Positions 50,784 to 62,411 of a stretch of DNA of 64,000 bases are shown here, one piece after another. The notes under the pieces are model-generated. The model had not been told where the DNA came from. It saw only the letters and a list, made by a program, of their open reading frames with translations, and searched no databases. The stretch spans positions 62,001-126,000 of the forward strand of contig JBEKTZ010000003.1 in the NCBI GenBank assembly GCA_049515535.1, written 5' to 3'. The stretch's first letter is position 1, and each line of letters begins with the position of its first letter. This DNA is from Candidatus Aminicenantales bacterium. Its GTDB lineage: Bacteria; Acidobacteriota; Aminicenantia; Aminicenantales; UBA4085. A program made the position numbers and the translations under genes.

Positions 50784-51673
50784 ACGAACTTCAAAAAGCA
50801 TCCCTGAGTCCGACCGCCAGATTGACGGGTCCGGACAAGCACCCGATGGACGATTTCCTGCGCATGGACCGGATGCCCCACATCTGGTGCTCGACCTGCG
50901 GCATCGGCGTCAGCGTCAACTGTTTCGCCAAGGCCCTGGAAAAATGCGGCTTCCCGCTCGACGAGGTGGTGGTCGTCTCGGGCATCGGCTGCACCGGCCG
51001 CGTTGCCGGCTATGTCAAGGTCGATTCTTTCCACACGACCCACGGCCGGGCCATTCCCTTCGCCACCGGGCTGAAGCTGGCCAACCCCAAACTCAAGGTC
51101 GTCGTCTTCAGCGGCGACGGCGACATCATCGCCATCGGCGGCAACCACTTCATCAACGCCGCGCGGCGGAACATCGACATCACGGTCATCTGCATCAATA
51201 ACTTCAACTACGCCATGACCGGGGGGCAGCTGGCCTCGACGACGCCCGAGGGGGCCATCCTGTCCACGTCGCCCTTCGGCAACTATGAATTCCCCTTCAA
51301 TCTGCCCTTCCTGGCCGAGTCCGTCGGCGCGGTCTATGTCGCCCGTTGGACGTCCCTCCACGTCTACAACCAGACGAACGCCATGGTCGAGGCCATGAAG
51401 AAGCCCGGCTTTTCGTTCATCGAGATCGTGGCCCCCTGCCCGACGATCTTCGAGCGGCAGCAGAAGATGGGCGACGGTCTCGACCGGCTGCGCTGGTACT
51501 GCGACAACTCCGACATCCGGAACAACGCCAACACCAAGGACGTCGACATCCGGCTCCACGACAGGATCGTCGTCGGCAAGTTCGTGGACAAGGAACGGCC
51601 CACGTACCTCGAGGCGATGAACGCGCACTACCAGGAACGCCTCGGTCCGAAGTACAAGGTCTACGAGGGATAA
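50771..51673 (+). CDS. korB: 2-oxoacid:ferredoxin oxidoreductase beta subunit
   Basis: WCSTCG, SGIGC, HTTHGRA, GDGD..AIGGNH, MTGGQ (TPP-binding). Confidence 0.88.
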   Translation: MSILNELQKASLSPTARLTGPDKHPMDDFLRMDRMPHIWCSTCGIGVSVNCFAKALEKCGFPLDEVVVVSGIGCTGRVAGYVKVDSFHTTHGRAIPFATGLKLANPKLKVVVFSGDGDIIAIGGNHFINAARRNIDITVICINNFNYAMTGGQLASTTPEGAILSTSPFGNYEFPFNLPFLAESVGAVYVARWTSLHVYNQTNAMVEAMKKPGFSFIEIVAPCPTIFERQQKMGDGLDRLRWYCDNSDIRNNANTKDVDIRLHDRIVVGKFVDKERPTYLEAMNAHYQERLGPKYKVYEG

Positions 51674-51674
51674 C

Positions 51675-52226
51675 ATGGCCAAGACTGAGATCAAGATCGG
51701 CGGGTTCGGCGGCCAGGGAGTCATCCTGACCGGCTATATCATCGGTAAGGCCGCTTCGCTCTTCGACGGCAAGGACGCCACGATGACGCAGGCTTTCGGG
51801 CCGGAGGCCCGGGGCAGCGCCTGCAGCGCGCAGGTCATCATCTCCGACGGCGCCATCCGCTATCCTTACGTCAAGAAGCCGCAGGTTATGGTCATCATGA
51901 GCCAGGAGGCCTTCACCAACTTCTCTCCCGAGCTCGACCCGAACGGGATGATCCTCATCGAGGAGGAGCTGGTGAACCCTAAGGGGCTGCCCCCGACGGT
52001 AAAAATCCACGGCATCCCGGCGACGCGGATTGCCGAGGAGCTCGGCCGGAAGGTCGTCCTCAACATGGTCATGGCCGGGTTCTTCGCGGCCGTCAGCGGG
52101 CTCGTGTCCAAGGACGCCATGCGCAAGGCCGTCGAGAGCTCCGTGCCCAAGGGGACGGAGGGTCTGAACCTGCTGGCCTTCGAGAAGGGCTACGAGTACG
52201 GCCTGGGCAAAGTCCAGGCCCATTGA
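51675..52226 (+). CDS. korC: 2-oxoacid:ferredoxin oxidoreductase gamma subunit
   Basis: [15 protein letters not shown]. Confidence 0.88.
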   Translation: MAKTEIKIGGFGGQGVILTGYIIGKAASLFDGKDATMTQAFGPEARGSACSAQVIISDGAIRYPYVKKPQVMVIMSQEAFTNFSPELDPNGMILIEEELVNPKGLPPTVKIHGIPATRIAEELGRKVVLNMVMAGFFAAVSGLVSKDAMRKAVESSVPKGTEGLNLLAFEKGYEYGLGKVQAH

Positions 52227-52263
52227 TCCGGCACCGGACCGCCGGGCCGAGGGAGGGAGAATA

Positions 52264-53874
<1,611 letters not shown>

Positions 53875-53974
53875 CGGCTTCCCGTAGAGGCCGCGCCGCG
53901 GCCGGACCCGGCGAGCCAGGCCGCAGGACGCCGCCCGTTCTGGCCGTGATGGGGGCCATTCATATCCCCCGGCC

Positions 53975-54036
53975 CCCTGGGAACCAGTCCCGGCGGTTCC
54001 CCCGTCGGCCAACCGACGGGTCCCCCTCCGGCGGGG
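53975..54036. terminator. Stem-loops between convergent operons
   Basis: cccgtcgg-ccaa-ccgacggg (54001-54020) and gggaacc..ggttccc; no clear U tract. Confidence 0.4.
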
Positions 54037-55539
54037 TCAACGGCGGAGGTACTTGTCGATCTCGGCCGCGGCGATCCGCGCGTCCCCCATGGCCAGGATG
54101 ACGGTCGCCCCGCCGCGGATGATGTCCCCCCCGGCATAAACACCCGGGATGCTGGTGGCCATCGTCGTCCAGTCGACCTCGACGTTTCCCCACTTGCCCA
54201 TTTTCAGGCCGGGCGTCGTCTGGGGGATGAGGGGATTCGGGCTCTGACCGATGGCGCAGACGACGAGGTCGACATCGATCGTATATTCGGAGCCCTCGAT
54301 CGGCACGGGACGGCGTCGGCCCGAGGCGTCCGGCTCGCCCAGCTCCATTTTTTGACATTCCATGGCCCGGACCCGGCCGTATTCGTCGCCAAAGTAACGG
54401 ATGGGCGTCGTTAGGAGCTGGAACTCGATCCCCTCCTCCTCGGCGTGATGAATCTCCTCGGTCCGGGCGGGCATTTCGGTTCTCGACCGGCGGTAGACGA
54501 TGACCGCCCTTTCGGCGCCCAGCCGCTTGGCCGTCCGGACCGAATCCATGGCCACATTGCCTCCTCCGATGACGGCGGCTGTTTTGGCTTTCAAGACGGG
54601 CGTGTCGTAGGCCGGAAAGGCGTAGGCCCGCATGAGGTTGACCCGGGTCAAGTATTCGTTGGCCGAGTAGACGCCGACGAGGTTCTCGCCGGGGATCTTC
54701 ATGAAATTGGGCAGCCCCGCCCCCGAGCCGATGAAAAAGGCCTCATAGCCCTCGTTCCTCAGGTCGTCGATGGTCGCGGTCATGCCCACGACGAAGTTCG
54801 TCCGGACTTCGACGCCGAGACGCTTGAGGTAGTCGACCTCGGCTTTCAGGATGGCCTTGGGAAGACGGAATTCCGGGATGCCGTAGATGAGCACCCCGCC
54901 CGATTCGTGGAGGGCCTCGAAGACGATGACCGAATGGCCCAGCTTGGCCAGGTCCCCGGCCACGGTCAGCCCGGCCGGTCCAGCGCCGATGACGGCCGCC
55001 TTCTTTCCCGACGGAGGCGGGAGGGGCGGGATGCCACCGGAACCGCTCAGACGCTCGAAATCCGCCGCGAACCGCTCAAGGTTGCCGATGGCCACGGCGA
55101 CCCCAGAGGCTTTCTTCATGGTGCAGACTTCTTCGCACTGCGTTTCCTGTGGACAGACGCGGCCGCAGATGGCCGGGAGCGAATTCGTCTCCTTGAGTTT
55201 CCAGGCTGCTTCCAGGAAATGGCCGTTCTCGATGAGCTTGACGAAACTCGGGATGTCGATGGCCACCGGGCAGCCCGTGATGCAAAGAGGGTTGGCGCAG
55301 TCGAGGCAGCGCCGAGCTTCAGCCTGGGCCATTTCGAGGGTGAGGCCAAGGTTGACCTCGTTGAAGTCGCGGTTGCGTTCCCCGGCCTCGCGTTCCGGCA
55401 TCTTCTGGCGGGAGAGTTTCATTCGGTCTTTGACAGGGAGGGTCTTGCGCAGGTCCTTCCTCCAATCCTTCTCGAACTCCGTCCTCAGCCGTGCCTTGAA
55501 TTCGGGCGCCAGCTCTTTTTTATCCTTGTCCTCGGCCAT
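54037..55539 (-). CDS. nfnB: Nfn large subunit (NfnB/SudA; GltD-like)
   Basis: EARRCLDC, CITGCPV, CGRVCPQE.QCE, GAGPAGL, YGIPEFRLPK, GGGNVAMD, GGATVILAM; adjacent to nfnA. Confidence 0.88.
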   Translation of the reverse strand: MAEDKDKKELAPEFKARLRTEFEKDWRKDLRKTLPVKDRMKLSRQKMPEREAGERNRDFNEVNLGLTLEMAQAEARRCLDCANPLCITGCPVAIDIPSFVKLIENGHFLEAAWKLKETNSLPAICGRVCPQETQCEEVCTMKKASGVAVAIGNLERFAADFERLSGSGGIPPLPPPSGKKAAVIGAGPAGLTVAGDLAKLGHSVIVFEALHESGGVLIYGIPEFRLPKAILKAEVDYLKRLGVEVRTNFVVGMTATIDDLRNEGYEAFFIGSGAGLPNFMKIPGENLVGVYSANEYLTRVNLMRAYAFPAYDTPVLKAKTAAVIGGGNVAMDSVRTAKRLGAERAVIVYRRSRTEMPARTEEIHHAEEEGIEFQLLTTPIRYFGDEYGRVRAMECQKMELGEPDASGRRRPVPIEGSEYTIDVDLVVCAIGQSPNPLIPQTTPGLKMGKWGNVEVDWTTMATSIPGVYAGGDIIRGGATVILAMGDARIAAAEIDKYLRR

Positions 55540-55557
55540 GTTTCGTCGTCCCTCGTT

Positions 55558-56394
55558 CTAGGGAAGCTCTTTCTCTTCCCAGGCGCAGAGCGATCGGATT
55601 TCGTCGTCGAAGTACGATTTCCGCCGCGTGAATAGTTGGTCCCAATCTACCTGGTGAGCGTCGAAGTCCGGCCCGTCGACGCAGGCGAACTTGGTCTTGC
55701 CCGCGGCCGTGCAACGGCAGGCGCCGCACATCCCCGTGCCGTCGACCATGATCGGGTTCAGGCTGACGATCGTCTTGATGCCCAGCGGCTTCGTGGCCTG
55801 GGCGCTGGCGTACATGAGGTAAGTGCAACCGACGGCAATGACACGGTCCACAGGCCCATCGTGGTGAAGGACGTCTTCGAGGGGCTTGGGGATGAAATCC
55901 TTGGACCCCAGGGCGTGGTCGCGCGAAGAGAAGAGGACCTTGTCGCAGACTGAACGATACCGATCTTGCCAATAGAGTAGATAGTGCGCCTTGGCGTCGA
56001 GGACCGCGATGACCCGGTTCCCCGCTGTCTTGAGCGCCCGGGCCGTGGGCCAGAGAGCGCCGATGCCGAAACAGCCGGCGGCCAGGACGACCGTCCCGAA
56101 GGCGCCGATTTCGGACGGTCGGCCCAGCGGACCGACGAAGACCGGAACCTCGTCTCCGGCACGGAGCGAAGCGAGTTTGCGCGTCGTCGTCCCCACGACC
56201 AAGAAAACGGCTGTGACCGATTCCCGCTTGGCGTCCCAGTCGGCGATAGAGAGAGGGATGCGCTCGCCCCTCTCGTCGGGCATGATGATGACGAACTGCC
56301 CCGGCCGGCATTTCCGGGCCACCTCGGGCGCGCGGACTTCGATGAGATGGAGGTTGGGCACGAGGCGCGCTTGGGTTAGGATCTTCGGCATCAT
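55558..56394 (-). CDS. nfnA: Nfn small subunit (NfnA/SudB; FNR-like with [2Fe-2S])
   Basis: PGQFV, GERIPLSIAD, GPLG, MVDGTGMCGACR, CVDGP. Confidence 0.86.
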   Translation of the reverse strand: MMPKILTQARLVPNLHLIEVRAPEVARKCRPGQFVIIMPDERGERIPLSIADWDAKRESVTAVFLVVGTTTRKLASLRAGDEVPVFVGPLGRPSEIGAFGTVVLAAGCFGIGALWPTARALKTAGNRVIAVLDAKAHYLLYWQDRYRSVCDKVLFSSRDHALGSKDFIPKPLEDVLHHDGPVDRVIAVGCTYLMYASAQATKPLGIKTIVSLNPIMVDGTGMCGACRCTAAGKTKFACVDGPDFDAHQVDWDQLFTRRKSYFDDEIRSLCAWEEKELP

Positions 56395-58682
56395 CGTCCC
56401 CTGACGAGCTTCAGGCTCTTGTTGTCCCGGGCCAGGTCTAATCCTTTATAGACGTCGGGACCTGGGAGGAAGGGGCGAGCCTTTTTCTCGCCTACGCCCG
56501 ATACGGTTGTTATGTCGATGAAGCGGACGGGCTCCCTGGTCTTCTCGGCCAGGAACAGCTCCTCCCCTCGTCCATCCGGCATCGCGACGCTCGCGAATGC
56601 GGGGACGGACCTGGCGATGTCTTCCCGTACGTCCGCCGCCGAGCCGTAGCCAAAGCCCGCGGCTCCCACCTTTGCGGCCAGCGCAGCCAGGATCGACCAG
56701 CCGGGTCTGGCGTCGCCCTGCGGATCGACGGCCCCCTCCGAAATCTGGATGCGGCCCTCGATGTTGACTAGGGTCGCCTCCGATTCAAAGGACGTTGTTT
56801 CGGGAAGCAAGATGTCGGCGATGGCGGCGTTTTCGTCGTTGTAGCTCCCTTGGATGATGACGAATTCCGCCGCGTTCGGTTCGAGTTTAGGAAACGGTCC
56901 GGCGAGGTAGAAGGCCCGGATATCCTTCCGGGCGGCCGCTTCGGCCAGCTCTCCAGCAGGGGTGGTTTTCGTGGGGAAAGCGTCGGAGAGGGCGAGCCCG
57001 CCGCGGATGTTGGACTCGACGTCGAGAGGAATGAGCCGGCCGCCTGCGAGCAAAGCGAGGTTCCAGAGTGCCGCCAGGTTCTTCCGGCCGTCTGCCGCCG
57101 CAAACTCGGGGCCGAAGAAGAACACCGGCGGTTTGCCGGGCATCAGCAACCTGGAGATCTCGTTGAGTTTCTCCTTGGGGATATCGAGGGAGCGGAGGAC
57201 TTTTGTTATGTCAAGGCTCCGGAGACGCGCCTTGAATCCGTCAAACCCCTCTGCCCTTAGAGAAGGCACATTGCTGATCTTCAGGATGGCGGCAGCCAGC
57301 GCCGAGAGGAACGCCTCCTCTTTCCCGGCCGGGAGCGCGAGCTTGATCGTGGCGCGCGTTGCGCTTCTCTGTCCTTCCCTGACAATGCTTAGCAAGACGG
57401 CGCCGCTCCGCAGGGCGCGGTGGACTTCGAGACCGACGATGGGCTGAGTTACCGGCAGGTCTTCTCCGAAGAGCACGATCGTCCGCATCAGGCCGATGTC
57501 GGAGATTCGGATATTCAGAGGAACCGTCTGTCCCGCGGCCCGGCCGAGCTCTCGTAAGCCGGATGCCGCCGAACAGCGCCAGGGCGCAGCGAAAGTCTGT
57601 GCTTTCAAGACTTCATGGGCGAACCGGTGCAGGACGAATAGGTCTTCGCATGAACTTTGTCCTGAAGCCGCGACACCGATTTGCCCGGCGCTATAGCCTT
57701 TCAGGCGTTTCGCCGCCTCGTCCAGGGCTTCCTCCCACGGGACTTCCTTGAGGCGGCCGTCGCGCCGAACCATAGGCCGGAGGAGCCGGAGAGGATGGTG
57801 CACGACATGCTTTACAAGGAACCGGCCTTTGACACAAGCCTGGCCGCGGTTTGCGGCGCCGTCCGCATCGGGAACGGCGCCGATGACCCGGCCCTGCCGA
57901 ACTCCGACTTTCAACCTGCAGCCCTGACCGCAGAAAGGGCAGAGCGTCGGCTTTTCGGTTTCGGGCATACGGTCGTAGCGCACGGCGCGTTCCGAGAGGG
58001 AACCTGTAGGACAGACATCCACGCAGGCCCCGCAGAAACGGCATGCGGATTCGAACAGACGACGGTCCATCGCTGCGCCGACGACGGTCCTGGAGCCGCG
58101 GGAGACGAAGGTCAGCACGGAGGCCCCTCTCACCTCGGAGCAGACCCGGACACAACGTCCGCAGAGGATACAGAGGCTGTTGTCCCGGTCGATGAATGGG
58201 TCGTCGCGGCGGACCTCTCCCTCCCGACGGTCGGAGGGAAAGTGGACCCGGTCAAGGCCGATCGCTTCGACGACCCGCTGGAGCTGGCAGCGGCCGTTGG
58301 CCGGGCAGAGGACGCAGCCCGTGACCTCGCCCGTCTTGCGGATGGTGGACTTGTGGTCATCGCAGGACAGCTTCTCGGCGCAGATGAGGCAGGCGTTCGG
58401 GTGCTCGGCCAGGATGAGCTCGAGGATCTGCCGCCGCAGCGCCACGAGCTCCGGCGTCGCCGTGCGGACCTCGAGCCCTTCCTCGGCGATCGTGCTGCAC
58501 GCCGGGACGTACCCACGCCGGCCCTTGACCTCGACGAGACAGAGGCGGCAGCCGGTGAACGGCTCGAGGCCGGGATAATCGCAAAGAGACGGGATGTCAA
58601 TGCCGCTGGCCCTGGCCGTCTCAAGGAGCGTCCGGCCTTCGTTCGCCTTAATTTCCATGCCGTTGATGATGACGCGGATCAT
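56391..58682 (-). CDS. NuoG/FdhA-like Fe-S subunit with a degenerate molybdopterin domain
   Basis: N-terminal [2Fe-2S], His-ligated and 2x[4Fe-4S] motifs, CPFCGQGC..C; start ATG 58682 overlapping the upstream stop. Confidence 0.85.
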   Translation of the reverse strand: MIRVIINGMEIKANEGRTLLETARASGIDIPSLCDYPGLEPFTGCRLCLVEVKGRRGYVPACSTIAEEGLEVRTATPELVALRRQILELILAEHPNACLICAEKLSCDDHKSTIRKTGEVTGCVLCPANGRCQLQRVVEAIGLDRVHFPSDRREGEVRRDDPFIDRDNSLCILCGRCVRVCSEVRGASVLTFVSRGSRTVVGAAMDRRLFESACRFCGACVDVCPTGSLSERAVRYDRMPETEKPTLCPFCGQGCRLKVGVRQGRVIGAVPDADGAANRGQACVKGRFLVKHVVHHPLRLLRPMVRRDGRLKEVPWEEALDEAAKRLKGYSAGQIGVAASGQSSCEDLFVLHRFAHEVLKAQTFAAPWRCSAASGLRELGRAAGQTVPLNIRISDIGLMRTIVLFGEDLPVTQPIVGLEVHRALRSGAVLLSIVREGQRSATRATIKLALPAGKEEAFLSALAAAILKISNVPSLRAEGFDGFKARLRSLDITKVLRSLDIPKEKLNEISRLLMPGKPPVFFFGPEFAAADGRKNLAALWNLALLAGGRLIPLDVESNIRGGLALSDAFPTKTTPAGELAEAAARKDIRAFYLAGPFPKLEPNAAEFVIIQGSYNDENAAIADILLPETTSFESEATLVNIEGRIQISEGAVDPQGDARPGWSILAALAAKVGAAGFGYGSAADVREDIARSVPAFASVAMPDGRGEELFLAEKTREPVRFIDITTVSGVGEKKARPFLPGPDVYKGLDLARDNKSLKLVRGR

Positions 58683-61600
58683 TTCATCGCCTCTACGGCT
58701 TTCTTGCCGTCTTCGGTTCCGAGTTCGCACCTCAGGCAGCGGCAGGCTTCCAAGCGTGCTTCCGTTTCGCTCAGCCCGAGGTCAACTTCCCTAAAATTCT
58801 TGGCCCGGTCCGCGACAGCGAGGTGCGACATCCTAGGCCGCTTGGCTTCGGCCATCTCTTTTTCCGAAAGGATGAGGGGTTGGACGTAGACCGACGGTCG
58901 GGTCAGGGCGTGCCTCCGTGCGAGAGGCTGGCTTTCGAGATATTTTTCGATGGCCTCGGCGGCGGCTTTGCCGGCGCCCATGGCTTCGACCATCGTGTTC
59001 GGCCCGGTCACGGCATCGCCCCCGGCGAAGATACCGGCCCGGCTCGTCTGGAAGGTCTCGCGGTTGACGTCGATATTCTCCTTGGCCAGCGAGATGCCGT
59101 CCCCGGGAGCAAGATACATCGTGTCAGGCCGTTCGCCGATCGCCTGGATGAGCGTGTCTGTCTCGACGATGAAGTTCGAGTCTTTGACCGGCACAGGCCT
59201 GCGGCGACCACTAGCGTCCAATTCGCCGAGCGTCATTTGGATGCATTCGACGCCGGCCACGCGGCCGTTCGAGGTCAGGACCCTCACCGGAGCCACCAAG
59301 AATTGGATCTCGACGCCTTCGTCGATGGCTGCGTCGACCTCCTCCGGGAACGCCGGCATTTCAGTCTTGGTCCGACGGTAGAGGATGGTCACCTTTTCGC
59401 AATTCGGGTCGCGCATGGCGACTCGGGCCGCGTCGATGGCCGAGTTGCCGCCGCCGACTATACAGGCGCGCTTCCCGACGGGAACGGTCTGCCCGAGGTT
59501 GATGGCCTTGAGGTAGGTCAGCGATTGCATGACGCCCTCGGCGTCCTCACCGGGGATTCCCATCTTCATCGATTTCCACGAGCCCGTGGCGATAAACACC
59601 GCTTTAAATCCGTTTGCGAGCAGGTCGTCGATTGAGAAGTCCCTTCCGAGCGTCCGGCTCGTCTTGACCTCGACGCCGGCTCTGACGATGTTGTCGATGT
59701 CCCGGTTGAGTTCCTCATTGGGAAGCCGATGGTCGGGAAGGCCGCCGGCCAGCATGCCTCCCGCGACGGGCAGCGATTCAAAGATCGTCGGACGGAATCC
59801 CTTACGGGCGAGGACGTACGCCGCCGTCAGGCCCGCGGGGCCGGCGCCGATGATGGCCACCTTCTCCCTGTTCTGCTCAACGGGCTTGGGATCGAACCGG
59901 AGGCCGTTTTTCTCGGCCCAATCCATGACGAAACGCTTCAGCGCCCGGATCGAAATGGGCTCACCGATGATCCCGGCGCGGCAGACTTTTTCGCAGGGGT
60001 GATGGCAGACGCGGGCGCAGACCGAGGGCAGTGGATTGTCCTTCGTGATGATGTCGAACGCGTCTGCGTACCGTCCCTGGGCGATATAGGCGATATACGT
60101 CGAGGCTTCCTGGTCGATGGGGCAGATGTAATGGCAGGGCGAGGAGACGATCTCCTTGCAGACAAGAGCCGGGCATTTTTTGTCCTTAATATGGGCTTCG
60201 TATTCGCTCCGGAAATGGCGAAGCGTAGAAAGAACGGGATTGGGGGCCGTTTGACCGAGCCCGCACAGGGAGCCCTGTTTCACGGTTACGGCCAGCTCTT
60301 CGAGCTTTTCGAGGTCGGCTTCGACGGCCTGGCCGCTGGCGATCTTGGCCAGAATTTCGGCCATCTGGCGCGTCCCGATCCGGCAGGGCGCGCATTTCCC
60401 GCAGGACTCCTCCTGGGTGAAGCGCAGGAAATAGAGGGCGATGTCCACCATGCAGGTGTCCTCGTCCATCACGATCATGCCACCCGAACCCATTATGGCC
60501 CCGGCCTGCGTCAGGCTCTCGTAGTCGACCGGAAGGTCAAGGAGCCCGGTCGGAATACAGCCGCCTGAAGGGCCGCCGATCTGGATCGCCTTGAACTTAC
60601 GGCCTCCCGGGATTCCGCCCCCGATGCTGAAGACAATATCCCTCAGGCGGATCCCCATCGGTACCTCGACCAGGCCGGTGTTGTTGATTTTGCCGACGAG
60701 CGAGAAGATCTTGGTCCCCTTGCTCGTCTCAGTCCCCAGGCTGGAGAACCAGGCCGCGCCACGCCGGATGATGGACGGGACGTTCCCCCAGGTCTCGACG
60801 TTATTGATCACGGTGGGCTTTCCCCACAGGCCGTGCTGGGCCGGGTAGGGAGGTCTCTGGCGAGGGAAGGCCCTCTGGCCTTCGATCGAGGCAATGAGGG
60901 CCGTCTCTTCGCCGGAGACGAAGGCGCCAGCGCCCCGGACGATCTCGAGGTCGAAATCGAATCCCGAGCCGAGGATGTTCGTCCCCAGCAGTCCGGCGTC
61001 TCGCGCCTGTCGGATGGCGATGCCCATACGTTTGACAGCCAGGGGATATTCGTCCCGGATGTAGAGGAAACCCTTCTCCGCCCCGATCGCCTTGGCTCCG
61101 ATGACCATCCCCTCGATGACAGCATGGGGGTCGGCTTCAAGGACGGACCGGTCCATGAACGCTCCCGGATCCCCCTCATCGCCGTTGCAAATGAGGTACC
61201 TAGGGGTTGCCGACTCCCGCCGGCAGATGTCCCATTTCCGTCCCGTAGGAAAACCGGCGCCGCCTCGTCCCCGGAGACCGGATGTGGTGATCTCGGCGAG
61301 GATGGTCTCGGGGGTCATGGCCGTCAGCGCCTTGCCCAGAGCCTCATAGCCGTCGTAGGCGATGTATTCTTCGACCTTTTCCGGGTCGATGCGGCCCCGG
61401 TTGCGCAGGACGATGAGGCGCTGGTGCTTGAAGAACTCGATGTCCGACATCTTGGGGACCGGTGATTTTTCGGCGGGGGGAACATACATTAGCTTCTGGA
61501 CGGGACGCCCTTTGAGCAGATGCTCTGACACTAGGAAGGGGACGTCTTCGACGGTCAGGCGCTGGTAGAAGATGCCGTCCGGGCGGACCATCAGAATCGG

Positions 61601-61765
61601 GCCTCTCTCGCAGAACCCGTTACAGCCCGTGGCTACGATGAGGACCTCGTCCTCAAGCCGCTGCCGCCGGACTTCCTTCTCCAGGGCCTCTCTGAGCGCA
61701 AAGGAGCCGCAGGAAACGCACCCCGTCCCGGTGCATACCAGCAGATGCGTTCGATAGGACTTCAA
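58679..61765 (-). CDS. NuoF/HydB-like flavoprotein fused to a GltD-like FAD/NADPH module
   Basis: Thioredoxin-like CTGTGC, GLRGRGGAGF, NGDEGDPG, ESCGKC.PCR; then CARVCHHPCE, GAGPAGL, GGGNSAID, EACRCLRC. Confidence 0.9.
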   Translation of the reverse strand: MKSYRTHLLVCTGTGCVSCGSFALREALEKEVRRQRLEDEVLIVATGCNGFCERGPILMVRPDGIFYQRLTVEDVPFLVSEHLLKGRPVQKLMYVPPAEKSPVPKMSDIEFFKHQRLIVLRNRGRIDPEKVEEYIAYDGYEALGKALTAMTPETILAEITTSGLRGRGGAGFPTGRKWDICRRESATPRYLICNGDEGDPGAFMDRSVLEADPHAVIEGMVIGAKAIGAEKGFLYIRDEYPLAVKRMGIAIRQARDAGLLGTNILGSGFDFDLEIVRGAGAFVSGEETALIASIEGQRAFPRQRPPYPAQHGLWGKPTVINNVETWGNVPSIIRRGAAWFSSLGTETSKGTKIFSLVGKINNTGLVEVPMGIRLRDIVFSIGGGIPGGRKFKAIQIGGPSGGCIPTGLLDLPVDYESLTQAGAIMGSGGMIVMDEDTCMVDIALYFLRFTQEESCGKCAPCRIGTRQMAEILAKIASGQAVEADLEKLEELAVTVKQGSLCGLGQTAPNPVLSTLRHFRSEYEAHIKDKKCPALVCKEIVSSPCHYICPIDQEASTYIAYIAQGRYADAFDIITKDNPLPSVCARVCHHPCEKVCRAGIIGEPISIRALKRFVMDWAEKNGLRFDPKPVEQNREKVAIIGAGPAGLTAAYVLARKGFRPTIFESLPVAGGMLAGGLPDHRLPNEELNRDIDNIVRAGVEVKTSRTLGRDFSIDDLLANGFKAVFIATGSWKSMKMGIPGEDAEGVMQSLTYLKAINLGQTVPVGKRACIVGGGNSAIDAARVAMRDPNCEKVTILYRRTKTEMPAFPEEVDAAIDEGVEIQFLVAPVRVLTSNGRVAGVECIQMTLGELDASGRRRPVPVKDSNFIVETDTLIQAIGERPDTMYLAPGDGISLAKENIDVNRETFQTSRAGIFAGGDAVTGPNTMVEAMGAGKAAAEAIEKYLESQPLARRHALTRPSVYVQPLILSEKEMAEAKRPRMSHLAVADRAKNFREVDLGLSETEARLEACRCLRCELGTEDGKKAVEAMK

Positions 61766-61782
61766 GTGTCTCCCTTAACTCC

Positions 61783-62388
61783 TCATGTCTTGCCGGACGC
61801 CACCGGTCTGTGGGCCGGGGCGTGACTTCTCCGGGGACGACGTTCCGTCGCTTTCTTCCGGCCGATGATCGTCGCCAGCACGGCGTTAGCTTTGACCTCA
61901 GTCATTTGGGTGTAATATCGTCCGTCAACGATTGCGAGGGGGGCCAGTGCGCAAGCCCCCAGGCAGTTGACCCGCTCGAGAGTGTACTCGCGGTCGAGCG
62001 AGGTCTCCCCGGGATGGATCCCGAGTTTTTGTTCGAAATGTTCAAGGACCGTGGCTGCGCCGCGGACGTGGCAAGCCGTCCCCATACAGACCGTGCAGAT
62101 ATGGCGCCCCCGGGGTTTCAGGCTGAAAGATCTGTAAAAGGTGGCGACGCTGTAGACATGAGCCAAAGGAATGTCCAGATCACGCGCCACCTCATCGAGG
62201 ATTTCCGGCGAGAGCCACCGGAAGTGATCCTGGATGTCCTGAAGGATGGGGATCAAGGCCCGCTTTTGGCCCTGGTATTTCGCGATAACGCGTCGGACTT
62301 TGGCCTGTATCGAAACCGCCTCATCTTTTTTCTTCGGGGATCTGTTTCCCTTCGGGGGCGTTCGGGAGAGTCCCTGTTTCTGCGCCAT
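61783..62388 (-). CDS. NuoE/HydC-like [2Fe-2S] subunit
   Basis: VATFY, CMGTACHVRG, CLGACALAP. Confidence 0.9.
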   Translation of the reverse strand: MAQKQGLSRTPPKGNRSPKKKDEAVSIQAKVRRVIAKYQGQKRALIPILQDIQDHFRWLSPEILDEVARDLDIPLAHVYSVATFYRSFSLKPRGRHICTVCMGTACHVRGAATVLEHFEQKLGIHPGETSLDREYTLERVNCLGACALAPLAIVDGRYYTQMTEVKANAVLATIIGRKKATERRPRRSHAPAHRPVASGKT

Positions 62389-62411
62389 ACGGTTCTATGA
62401 TTTTTCGCCCG

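Noticed and set aside
54037..55539. Glutamate synthase small subunit
   Set aside because: No gltB nearby; adjacency to an NfnA/SudB gene indicates NfnAB
56391..62388. Respiratory complex I or active formate dehydrogenase
   Set aside because: No other nuo genes; Mo-ligand His and catalytic Arg motifs are missing
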